Of a stretch of DNA of 64,000 nt, positions 38,301 through 49,426 are shown piece after piece; position 1 is the first letter of the stretch, and each line of letters starts with the position of its first letter. The notes beneath the pieces are model-generated. The model was not told the DNA's origin. It saw only the letters and a program-made list of their open reading frames with translations, and did no database searches. Source of the stretch: Antedon mediterranea (lineage: Eukaryota; Animalia; Echinodermata); contig NC_092674.1 of NCBI RefSeq assembly GCF_964355755.1, positions 13,702,001 through 13,766,000 on the forward strand, in the 5' to 3' direction. The translations under genes were made by a program, and so were the position numbers.

Positions 38301-40055
38301 TATCATAAATTTGGCCTTAGCACTCGGGGGAGTGGCTAAGATGAAGTCCGTGGGACTACTAAATATAAATTGTAATGAACCTCGAGGGACATAAATAGGA
38401 ATATTTCATGTTTCATTATCAATGTATAATAAATGGAAACTGTTTACCGATTCAAATAATAGAAATTGGTTTTTAACATTTTCCGAACCTATTGCAAGTT
38501 TATTCTCAAAGGGCCCATATATTTACCTACCGTATGTGTTAAACCAAGGGCTCATAAATTTACCTACAGTACTTGTGTTAAACCAAACTCTGGCAGACTG
38601 AGAGATTGGGATGTTCCATTCATCGCAAATCAATACATTTGTATAATCGTATATTAAATCTATCAAAATAGTATTTTTTTAAGAAAATCGGCCTGTCTTC
38701 AACATTATGATGGTGTACTCTAGCAATCTATCAAAATAGTATTTTTTAAAGAAAATCGGCCTGTCTTCAACATTATGATGGTGTACTCTAGCTGTTCAAC
38801 CGGTTTTCAGCTATTAAAAACAATTATCGTAGGAAGAGATAGGAAAATGCGAAGCCTCCTCGCTATGTAACATTAGGGTTGAGGGATGGGAAAGCGGATA
38901 GGTACAAAGAGGAACAATTTTTAAATATATTCTTTATCCACTGAGTAACGAAATATTTTGTTCATGTTTTATAGGCCTATAAATAATATACCTCTAAATA
39001 CAGTAGGCCTAAAACATTTGCGATTTAATACTTTGTTAAAACTGTCACTGTCATAATCGATTGAAATATTAAAGTACATGTCACGATACACCACTACGAC
39101 GTTTATATTTTTGGTAATTATTAATTAATACAAACGTTGAGAAGGAACTGTCAGTATAAAGTTTATTTGTATATCTAACAGTAGAGCCTATCCACAGTCT
39201 CAGTAATAAAGTTTATTTGTATATATTTTTATATTACATCTAACAGTACGAACATTCACAGTAAGAAATGTTCGATTCAAATGAAAAATAGTTAATAGGT
39301 ATTTACAGTATTGTCAAAGTATTGCAAGTTTATTCTCAAAGGGCCCATATATTTACCTACCGTATATGTTAAACCAAGGGCTCATAAATTTACCTACAGT
39401 ACTTGTGTTAAACCAAACTCTGGCAGACTGAGAGATTGGGATGTTCCATTCATCGCAAATCAATACATCTGTATAATCGTATATTAAATCTATCAAAATA
39501 GTATTTTTTAAAGAAAATCGGCCTGTCTTCAACATTATGATGGTGTACTCTAGCTGTTCAACCGGTTTTCAGCTATTAAAAACAATTATCGTAGGAGGAG
39601 ATAGAAAAATGCGAAGCCTCCTCGCATTTTTTTGGCGGGTATTTTTCAAGATGGACATCCATTAGACAGTGTATACCACGATCGGAAAACACCCCTATTT
39701 GGGGCAAATCGTTGAACCTAAATTCGTTTTAATCGTTAATAACTAATTATCTAACTCAATTTAATTAGTAAACAGGGTTACATCAGGCGGTTAAAATCAG
39801 TACCGAAAGTACGAACCAACTTTACATACCATTGAGTGAAAATTCTAGAAGTAAGGCGCGATTTACCGAATTTTGCCCTTACGTAAATTTATATATAGAT
39901 ATGATTGATAATGTGATTTCACAAAATGGCGTATAAATGACGTCACGGATGAGTGATCACGCTGGAAACAATAAAAAGAAAAAAAAAATAATAATAATAA
40001 TAAAGATTTCATACAATAACAATAGGTGATCATTTTATTCTAAATGATCACCTAA
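35331..40055 (-). mobile_element. Helentron-associated non-autonomous element (HINE/DINE-1-like) carrying a Helitron
   Basis: 5' palindrome TAGGTGATCATTT..AAATGATCACCTA (40023-40054), nearby (TTA)n microsatellite, 3' subterminal repeat 35363-35374 and stem-loop AATTCGTCA-CTT-TGACGAATT (35341-35361); internal ~190-bp tandem unit; absent from copy 2 (~58040). Confidence 0.75.
36863..39899 (-). mobile_element. Composite Helitron (3037 bp) with internal duplications
   Basis: TC..CTAG ends, 3' hairpin CTAGATGGCACGCTCGCTTCGCTCGCGTACCATCTAG; A|T target shown by the intact repeat unit at 36661-36745. Confidence 0.88.
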
Positions 40056-40394
40056 AAAGTACTGCTCTAACCACTGTTGAAATATATCCCCTATGAAGAA
40101 AACTATGCATTGCTTTCTATAAAAACCTTGTATATCCACATAGTTTTACAGGTGGATGCTTTATATTTTGTGCTAGGTAGGTGTGTAATGAATTGGAGAA
40201 TGCCAGAGATTTCAGTAAAATATAAAACTTAATAATAAATATATAATACATTTCTGGTTTTAGATAAGTATTTTGATAAAATGCCACACAGATTCCAGTA
40301 ATAATAATAACAATAAAATTCTTTTTTTTATTATTTGGAATTATTTCAAAATTTTTAAATACAAGGGTTAGCCATGATTTTGTAATAAATTTCT

Positions 40395-40512
40395 AGGAAT
40401 CACTCTGATGTTGGTATGGAAACCAAGGAATTCACTCTGATATTGGTATAAAAACAAGGAATTCACTTTGATATTGGTATAAAAACAAGGAATTCACTTT
40501 GATATTGGTACG
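40395..40512. repeat. 30-bp minisatellite GGAATTCACTCTGATATTGGTATAAAAACA
   Basis: Four units here, three at ~58400-58485. Confidence 0.8.
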
Positions 40513-41519
40513 AAAACCGCATATTGTACAGTACAAATCAAAACTTTGGATGAGCCACTAAATATATGTGTTCCAACAAAAAACACAACATTTTCTGCTT
40601 TCTGATTGGCTGTTGTTTTGACAACATATTGGGTTAAAAAATATGGTATATATTAACAATATTTTATTGATGTTAATAAAATAATCTGATGGCAATTGGA
40701 TTCAATTTAGAAATGATAATACTAATATTGCTGGTACAATCAATGAAACATATGTAGATTACATTAACATCATAAAAAATAACTATTTGAAGCAAAGTGT
40801 CCTTAAAAATGTATGGTGTACGTTATTGTCAATGCAATGGATTATCCAAACTGTCAATTATGATTGGTCAACTCACTAGCGTTTGTAGCGATTTTTGTTT
40901 TTTAAATCATTTTTTTCTGATTTTAATTATTTTTTAAATTATTTTATTTATTTATAAATGTTATTTTTAAGTGTTGTCTTTTTATGTTACTTGTCTTGTC
41001 AAATTATATTGTACTAAGGGTCCGTATTATGATCAGCTTTGTCTGGATGTACTATCCTTGTTAAATATTGTTGAAATAAAATAAATATGGGAACCACACC
41101 TTTTGGTTAAAAAAACATTTTTTGAATATTGCCACTTAACTTTATTTTATATGAAACATAACCATGACTTTATGTTTGTTTAATGAAACGCATCATCATT
41201 GTACTCTACAATTGTCTTAACCTTTTATTGAAATATCTGGTATCTTTATAGATAGAAAGTAGTTCACTACAGTTAAAATTATAAAAGTGTATAAAAATAA
41301 AATAATAGTATGGAGGTTATGAATTTATTTATGCCAAATTGGTGGGGTTTTTTCACAGTAAATGGAACTGATCCTTGTACATACAAAGATGAACTTGGTT
41401 GTCTCTTCTCTTTTAACTTTGTTATGAATGGAACAATGGAGGTGATTCTGGTACAGAAAATAACATGTAAGTAATGTAAAAAGAAAACCCAGCAAAATGA
41501 AACCCAATACATTGTCTAA

Positions 41520-41647
41520 AGCTCTGTCTACACTATCAAACTTTATGTGACAAAAACATGTTATGTGCCCATATGGTGATGAAAACTACCGTAATGGGTA
41601 CATTACACTTTTTTGTCCAACTATTTTGATAGTGTAGACATAGAGCT
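41520..41647. mobile_element. ~120-bp Harbinger/Tourist-like MITE (also ~33390-33478, 56162-56277, ~59488-59617)
   Basis: TIRs AGCTCTGTCTACACTATCA / TGATAGTGTAGACAGAGCT. Confidence 0.7.
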
Positions 41648-41986
41648 ATATATTGAGATCTCTGTGCACTTCACACACGCGCGCACACACCTTCATATAT
41701 ACAGTATACATCCCCTCATTTGACAGGGACAATTTGATGGACATCAGCAGGCATACTGAACTTTTTTCACAAACAATTACGAAAGAGTACCATAGTAACC
41801 TGTATTCTTTGTATATTAAACATCTTTTATTTTTCAATTTGAGACATGCACTTCATTATTATACTAGACTTGTTTGTACAAAGTATGTGAAATGCATGAT
41901 AGAGTTAGAGTGAAAAAAAATGATTGCAACACTTCATGTTAATAATTTATATGAATATTTATCAACATGTGGTACTTTATTTTCAG

Positions 41987-42653
41987 CTTGCCCAGAAGGA
42001 ATAGATGCCTTATGGCTGGCTATTGGCATCATTATTGGTATATTACTAGTTGGTCTAGCCCTTCTGCTGGCCTGGAAGATAGCTACATATATATATGACA
42101 AACGAGAATATGCTAAATTTTTGAAAGAGTTAGAAAATGCACAAACAGATGCAGTAAGGAATGATTATTTTTTTTATCTTGTAGTTAATGTTTATTTATT
42201 TATTATTTATGGTTTCCCTTTAAAGACCAGACCATTTGTATGTAGAGTCAGCACTACATAGCATCCAAGTTCACTGTAGCTGACGTTCCAAGAAAACATT
42301 ATTTATTTTAAACATTTCTATTTGCATTTGAACTCTCTATCTATCTCTATATCTATTTCTAGTATGATTATGATGTATCGTAGTATTGTAATTGAAAATG
42401 TTAAATCTAACAGTATTAGTAAATACCTTTAATTAAAAGTATAAGTATATATTTATGTCAATTTCTGTGATTAACATGCATTGCATTGGAACATTAGCAT
42501 TGAAAATACTAATTGAAATTTAATTATATGTTTATGAAAAATTAAACCAAGAAAATATTACCTAGACATACTTACTTGCCTTTTTTTCAGAATATAAATC
42601 CCCTTTTTAAATCTTCTACAACAACCTACAAGAATCCAACATATGGTAAATAG
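41987..42653 (+). pseudogene. Integrin beta TM and cytoplasmic-tail exons, copy 1
   Basis: CPEGIDALWLAIGIIIGILLVGLALLLAWKIATYIYDKREYAKFLKE..|NINPLFKSSTTTYKNPTYGK*. Confidence 0.93.
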
Positions 42654-43776
42654 AAGGTTTTATGCAAGATGTTGATACCTGTTACCAAACAAGACCTCAG
42701 TCAGAACCATCCAACAAGGCCCGATCAATTTGAAAACTGATACACAGACTAAACGATATCAGAATAATAATTTATGGCAAAGTTCAGACTGTAACTGACA
42801 GATCCATCAAGCCTGTTATCAGAAAAAGAAATGCCCACTAGGCTACAACTGACATCAGATCAAAGTACCATGAGATACTCTCCACTGGGCCACACAGTAG
42901 GATATCAGATCAAAGTGGCTTGTCCAGATCCACAAGGCATGTCAAATTATATTTAATAATACTAGATGTCGTGGCCAACACAAAATATACCACATAATTA
43001 TATAAAATGGTCTGATACCAGAAACTAACAACCAGAGCATCTTGTCAAACAGAATTCACCACAGGTATCTGATAGAACATGACATTTCTGTAGTATAAAT
43101 TGAGGTATTAATTATTTGGCTAGAGAGCTAACTCCATATTTAACAATAAATTGTTGTATTCATTACTCTAAAAAAATAAGTAATTTATAAAAACTGGACT
43201 GTACTTTTATGTATGTTTTTATTTAAAAAATATATATATATACAGTACTGTATATATATTCTGACTCATGTATTCTTCATAATATTGTAAGTTATTGTTT
43301 TATGTTACTAAATAATATTTTTGAAAAGATACAGCGGATAATTTGTTAAGCACCAGAACTGTCCTCATCATTTTTCTGTAACATAGTTAGCACTCTAGTC
43401 AATCTATTAATACCTCAATGGTACTAGATCATGCTGAATTTGGTGCTAAGTTGCAATATGTGATAAAATTAGAGGTTCATTTGACAAAAAAAATTAGGAT
43501 TTAAGAATAAATTAGAGTAGCGTATAGTGGTGTGGCCATGTCTTCTGCCTTTAAAAAAAGTGCTTTATTTTATTTAAGATAAATATTTTATATAAAACAT
43601 GTGAAAATGTTGTTATCTGTTCACATATTTTTTAAATTATAATAATATCTTATATTATGACAGTATAGTGAGCTTACCAAAAGTACTGTAATTGGTTACT
43701 CTATAGTAAACCTTAAAACACAGTACTGACTGTATAAATAAGAACTCACAGCCAGTGTTCAAGGGAAACTCTATTA

Positions 43777-43878
43777 AGCTTGGTTCCCACTAGGACGCAG
43801 TAGAAGGACGCATGTTCGAATAATCTTTTGCGTTGTGGCTTACGTCATTGCATTGTGTCATATTGGGAACCAGACTTT
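43777..43878. mobile_element. Small Harbinger-like MITE (also ~62137-62230)
   Basis: AGCTTGGTTCCCA..TGGGAACCAGACT flanked by TTA. Confidence 0.5.
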
Positions 43879-44786
43879 AAGGCGACACTGGTCCCAAAGG
43901 TGTCTCTATAATACAGTTTCCACTGTAATATTTATGCAGGTACATAACAAAGATGGAGGAATTTTCCCTCTTCTATAAAAATATCCTAACTATCTAGTTT
44001 TCTGATTTGATGATAATTCTCCAATTTATATGTATATGTTTCAAAAGTTTAATTGTTAAATTAATACATAAAAAGTAATATAAAGTATTGAAAACGTCAA
44101 AAATCTTTTTAAAAAATGTTCATATTTTCTGAATAGATCTCTTATATTTATCCTTCCTTAAATTCACAATATACACTTACTACTGTTTTTTTACTTGGGC
44201 CATTCGGCAATGTATTCATTCACTATTATACAATCACAGGTCAATACATAACATTTTGTCTTCTAAATTTGACTCCATTTACATTAGTTTCAAAACTATA
44301 CAAAGGTCATATAAAAGGCAAACTGTTCCATACTGTTGGACACTATAAACATTAATAAGCAATACTGGTTGTAAAACCATATTGTAATATTACTACTTTC
44401 TACTGTTTTAAGTTTGTATTTATTATTACTTTGTTATTGTATGTGTATATTATTACTTGTTTAAGACAGAAAAGACGTTTACTTTGTAATTTAAATATAA
44501 AATGTAATAACAAAAACAGATAACAACGTTTATGAACCATCGTGGATCCACTTTCAAGATCAAACAATAATAGGAAGAGTAAACGAGACTTACCTGTAAG
44601 TTGAAGTTTGATCACTATTTTATGAATATGTGAGTGAGGTGTAAACTGAGATCCCGACGCGCTCGCGCACCCTCATACTTTAAATCAAACATGTCCAGAG
44701 TAATAATTTGCAGCGATAAGTATATATATGATAACCTGCATTGTTCTATAATAATAATTGTTTTACTTGGGGTGGGTTGAGGCGGG

Positions 44787-44898
44787 CAGTTTACACCTCA
44801 CTCACATATTCATAAAATAGTGATCAAACTTCAACTTACAGGTAAGTCTCGTTTAATCTTCCTATTTTATTTCATATACGTTCGCTGTAAACTGAGAT
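44787..44898. repeat. DIRS internal complementary region (ICR)
   Basis: Reverse complement of both outer termini joined as the circle junction ...TATGAAATAAAATAGGAAG... Confidence 0.92.
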
Positions 44899-45212
44899 GT
44901 TTAAAGCCAACTCTGGAAACATGTTTGAACTGTAAACCAAATAATTGACGGAAATGTTAGTTTCAATAAAACAACTTTATTTCCAAAAGTCTACATTCAT
45001 TCATAAGGATGTTTGCCCTAACGGGCAACTTAAATATGACAACTATCGTGTTGTATTAATAATAAAGCATTTATTTTGCTTATAATCAATAGTCCAACGT
45101 TTTAGGATTCTCACCCTAAAAACATCAACTAGAAAACTAAACAACAATATTAAACTGGTTCAAAATGCAAACAGGGGCTATTTGTAGTAGCCAACAACAA
45201 ACACAACCAATA

Positions 45213-46196
45213 TTAATGAGTTGATGAATCAACTTTTCTCAACAGTGCCTGTTGAAATGACGGATTTCCTACAAATTTTATAGGCTTATTATAATATCTG
45301 TTTAGTGTGTGTTCGTTTCTCCACCCAGCTGTTTCCATTATTAAGTCAACCGGGACACTCCTTAATTTTGCTGATGAAGGTGCAGCCGCTCGGACCGAAT
45401 GGGCTTTAAATTTTGTTGTATCTACTCCTGCTTCTGATAAACCTGTCCTTATCCATCGAGCAATTGTGTCTTTTGATGCCTCGGCATACGGTTTCTTATG
45501 ACATATAAAAAATCTGTACTTATTTTCCCTTAAATTACTAGTTTTTTCCCTGTACTTTAGAATTGTTCTGACCGGACATAGGGCAGGGTCTTCACTTTTG
45601 TGGAAAACCACCAGTTGACCTGTATTGTTTGGTCTGCTAGTTTTTAGTAATGTACAAATGTAAAAGGTGATTGCTTCATTCTCGATATTCATATTTGAAA
45701 ATTTGAAATTATATAAGGTTTGAAGCCTACTTGAGGACAATAATGCTAATAACAATGCTACTTTTATGGTAAATTCTTTAAGCGATAATGTATCGTCGTT
45801 AATTGTTCGCCTCAGATAGTCTGTAACTAAGCGAACATCCCAAATTTGTGCATATTTTGGAGTCGGTGGGTTAAAATTGAATAACCCTTTCATAAATCGT
45901 TTCAGTTCAATAGACTCCTTCATGTTTATATCTAAGATTTCGAGAAAGTTTACAATTGCGCTTTTCGCCGTACTGATAGTACTGTAGCCTAAGCCCTCGT
46001 CCTTCAGCTTTATCAAGAAATCGAGGACGTGACCGGTTTTTAGCTGTTGCCATGTGATTCCTCTGATTTCACAAAAGTCTATAAATTTTGTTAGCTGTGA
46101 GTTATATTGCTTCCACGTTGACCGTCTCCAGGATTGCAGAATGACGTCTGCTGCAGTATTGCTTATTCCTTTGTTGTAGAGTTCCGCCCTGATAGC
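45213..46196 (-). CDS. DIRS tyrosine recombinase (open frame, 327 aa, no N-terminal ATG)
   Basis: SWRRSTWKQY N-terminal region; SSSR, LKTSRP, HSVR, AGW, RYY catalytic motifs. Confidence 0.9.
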   Translation of the reverse strand, partial: AIRAELYNKGISNTAADVILQSWRRSTWKQYNSQLTKFIDFCEIRGITWQQLKTGHVLDFLIKLKDEGLGYSTISTAKSAIVNFLEILDINMKESIELKRFMKGLFNFNPPTPKYAQIWDVRLVTDYLRRTINDDTLSLKEFTIKVALLLALLSSSRLQTLYNFKFSNMNIENEAITFYICTLLKTSRPNNTGQLVVFHKSEDPALCPVRTILKYREKTSNLRENKYRFFICHKKPYAEASKDTIARWIRTGLSEAGVDTTKFKAHSVRAAAPSSAKLRSVPVDLIMETAGWRNEHTLNRYYNKPIKFVGNPSFQQALLRKVDSSTH

Positions 46197-48080
46197 CTGC
46201 AGGCAAAAAGGTTAAGTCTGCTATAAAGAGGATGACAATCATCTGAACCATGTAATGTTAAGGCATGTTTGGTATTCTTAAACCTCAGTGGTTCCCCAAC
46301 CATCATTGATAGTAATTTAGGATACCAATACTGTGTTGGCCAGTTTGGGACCACCATGATAACTATGGCATTATCTGTCAATATTTTTTTGCAAACATCT
46401 ACCTATAAGGCAGAACGGCGGAAAAGCATAGAGCTTGGCAGAGGACCAATTTTGTAGAAATGCGTCGATACCAATTGAATCTGGGTCCGGTTTCCATGAT
46501 ATAAATTTCGGAAGCTGTGCATTGTGCCTAGAAGCGAATAGGTCTATATCTAGTTCGCCGAATGTTTTAGTGATTTTTATAAACAATTCTTTGTTAAGCA
46601 TCCATTCTGTCTTATCTTTAAACTGACGAGACTTTGCATCAGCTATTATATTATCTCTACCTGGGATGTATTCTGCACTTATCCAAAAATTGTTCTCAAT
46701 GCACCAAGACCAGATGGCTTTTGAAATTTTATTGCACGCAATTGATTTTGCGCCGCCCATGTTGTTTATGTAAGCTACTGCCGTGGTATTATCAATCTTC
46801 AACCTTATGTGCTTAGCTTTTCTCTCACGGGACAATGCTTTAAGGCCGAAAAAAGCAGCCAGCAATTCTAAGTAATTAATATTTAGTGCCCCTGTAGCAT
46901 ATGCAATGTCTAGGTCTTTGTTTATCCACCTTCCCCCCGTGTGGGTATGTCCATCAGTGGCACCCCAGCCTAGACCACTAGCGTCTGTCTCAATTGTTAG
47001 GTCGGGGTACCCATGATATATCAATTTATATGCGTCTTTGACATTATTTTGCCACCAAAGAATATCGTCCCGTCCATTGACGGAAATACTAATAGGCCTA
47101 TCGTAATGGCCTTTATTTAGTTTTAGAGCTAGTATTTTCTCCTTCTCTAGTGCCCTATAATGAAGCTTTCCATACTCTACAGCAGGTAGTGTTGCTATAA
47201 TTTTGCCTAAAAATTGCGCAACTTTCCTAATGGTAGTATGACTTAATGTAAGTATGTGTTTACTTTGAACTCTAATTTCCTCCTTCTTGTGATATGGAAG
47301 GGAAACCGTCATACTTATAGAATTTATTTCAAATCCCAAGAAGGTTATGATCTGCGTAGGATTCATTACTGATTTTTCTCTATTAATGATAAAACCCAAT
47401 GAGGCTAGAAGTTCACTAGTTTCCCTGGCGGTACCGCCGGCCAAGTCTTCTGACTGGTTTATACACAAAATGTCATCAATGTAAACCAACAGAATATGCC
47501 CTCTGCTGCGCAAAAACGCAATTGGGGGCTTCAATAATTTCGTGAAAAGTCTAGGCCCTGATAAGCCCATTAGGCAATGCGACAAACTTATACAGGTTGT
47601 CTTTCCAAACAAATTTTAAATATTTAGTGTCCGACTCTGCTATGGGTACAGTAAAATATGCATCTTTGAGGTCGACTGACGTCATATATACACCTGGTGA
47701 AATTAGTGTCAATGCATTTCCAAACATTTCCATTTTGAAATGTTTGTATGTCACATATTCATTTAATTTAGAGAGGTCTAATATCATTCTGAACCCTCCA
47801 TCTTTCTTTGGCCTTGTAAAAATATTTGATACAAACTGGTCATGTTCAAACATGGCTGGTTTGACCACCCCTTTTGATATCAATTTAACTATTTGATCAT
47901 CAATAGCCTCCATATCCATGCTGCTGAGTTTGTATGGATGAGGTATTTTTCCTTTTAGGTGGTAGGGTATGGCTTTATCAAACTCTATTTTATATCCTGA
48001 AACCGCATTTAGGATGTATGGATCCGAAGTATATTTTTTCCACCTATGTATATATGACCTGAGTCGACCTCCTACTATGT
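46163..48080 (-). pseudogene. DIRS RT / RNase H / Dam-like methyltransferase domain, frameshifted (~47560, ~46385)
   Basis: VGGRL, PKKDGGFRMILDL, DLKDAY, YIDD, TDAS, INYLELLA, DNTTAV, ADAKSR, DIDLFAS, YAFPP, VPNWPTQYWY. Confidence 0.92.
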
Positions 48081-49426
48081 CAAGGTTATTATGTTTGTTA
48101 ACCTTATTGTTAGGAGAAATACTTATATTATCAATCGACTCATACCTCTTCGGCTGTTGTTTTAGGTCCTTTTTCCCCTGATAAAATTTGGTCTGGTTGT
48201 AGTTGTTTGTTGACCATTTGTGTCGCCGGGTTTGACCTAAAAAAGGTTTGCCATTTCTATTGTATGGCTGGTATCTGTAGTTGTTGGACCTGGTCTTTGG
48301 TTGGTACGACTTAAAATTAAATAAGCCTGCCGTAGCCTTCCTTTCCTCATCCAGTTTTTTAACTGTAGTACTCAGGTCACCAAATAAATACTCTGTAGGC
48401 TTAATGCTGGGTTTACATAAATGAGTATATTTGGCATTTATTTCCGGTTTCAACATCTCCTTACGAAGTGCAAGTAACTCGAAGTTCGCATTGGCAAGTA
48501 GGCCGATTGTGTCCTGTGCTATCTCCGATGACTCATTTCCATCAACTAATTTAGCAAGGGCGGTAATTCCCTTTATCAAAGGTTTTTGTACCTTTTGAAA
48601 TTTTAGATCGTTAGACCGTGCCCTTGGTGTAATGGAATCCCAAATAGTTGGATTGACCTTTGGCACCATTAGGGCCTCTAGATTTTCCGGTATAGGATAG
48701 CTTTTGATCAGCTCGGTCATTGCACTCTCACTCATATGCGAGTGCAATAAGTATGTTAGCGTGTCAGCCAACTCTTGGCTAACTGCTGGTGCCAATTCGT
48801 TAGAAACAGCAAATCTTGCTGCAAAACCCGGAGGAAGGGGGCCTTTGACCTTACTATTACTATTAGTGGCTGGCCGCTCAGGATTTTCATCCTTCTTGGA
48901 TAGTTGTGTACCTGTTACTTCCCCCTCCTCCAGGTCAGACACATCACGTTCGTACTGATGATGCCTATCGTAAATGTTACTCGTGAGGCTAAACCACCGA
49001 GCTACTGTCAATGTCATCATATTCATTGTTGTGACATTGTGATGACATTTGTGTCATCAACTGAGATAAAAGGTCGTGCGTTGACTCATTTATTTGTTGA
49101 GCAGCCTTCGTCTCTTTAACCTGCTGCTCAACCAACCGCTCAAGGTTTTCAACCCTAGCCTCATAGTTCAGGCCTACTCCGACCTGTTGATTAGGCTGCA
49201 GCACGTTAGTGCATGATTGCCCGGCGATAGCAACGGCATCGCTGTTGCTATGCATATTACCTTCTTTAGGAGGCCTAGTAATAGTACAGCTAGACCCCGC
49301 CTTCCTGGCCTTTTTGGTGGGCTTAGCCACCGTATGCTGTACAAGTGGAGTTGTAGCTGCAAATGTTACATTTCCAGCAGAAATCTCCAGCACATCTTCT
49401 TGTATTGCAAGTGATTTTCGTTCCAT
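48080..49426 (-). pseudogene. gag: DIRS gag-like ORF1, frameshift near 49000
   Basis: PENL..PKVNPTIW, QKPL, RKEMLKP..LC..YLFG pattern of DIRS ORF1; ATG at 49426. Confidence 0.8.

Larger units (their letters stand above)
22035..42653 (+). pseudogene. Integrin beta subunit, copy 1 (betaI domain to cytoplasmic tail), disabled
   Basis: GT-AG exons: 22035-22121 (LDRPEGGLDA), 22575-22661 (SDAGFHFALHGK), 23198-23281 (PNEGECHL), 29240-29346 (-1 nt), 29753-29847 (+2 nt), 31109-31259 (86-nt deletion), 31551-31623, 32861-32945 (GKFCNCDNFSC), 33505-33708 (+1 nt), 34147-34276, 41359-41466, 41987-42153 (TM, YDKREYAKF), 42591-42653 (NPLF, NPTY, stop). 5' exons (PSI, MIDAS DxSxS) not recognised in the window. 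Confidence 0.92.

Noticed and set aside
45213-46196. Bacterial/phage integrase (contamination or HGT)
   Set aside because: Lies within a DIRS structure (ITRs, ICR, RT) at a site that is empty in the paralog.
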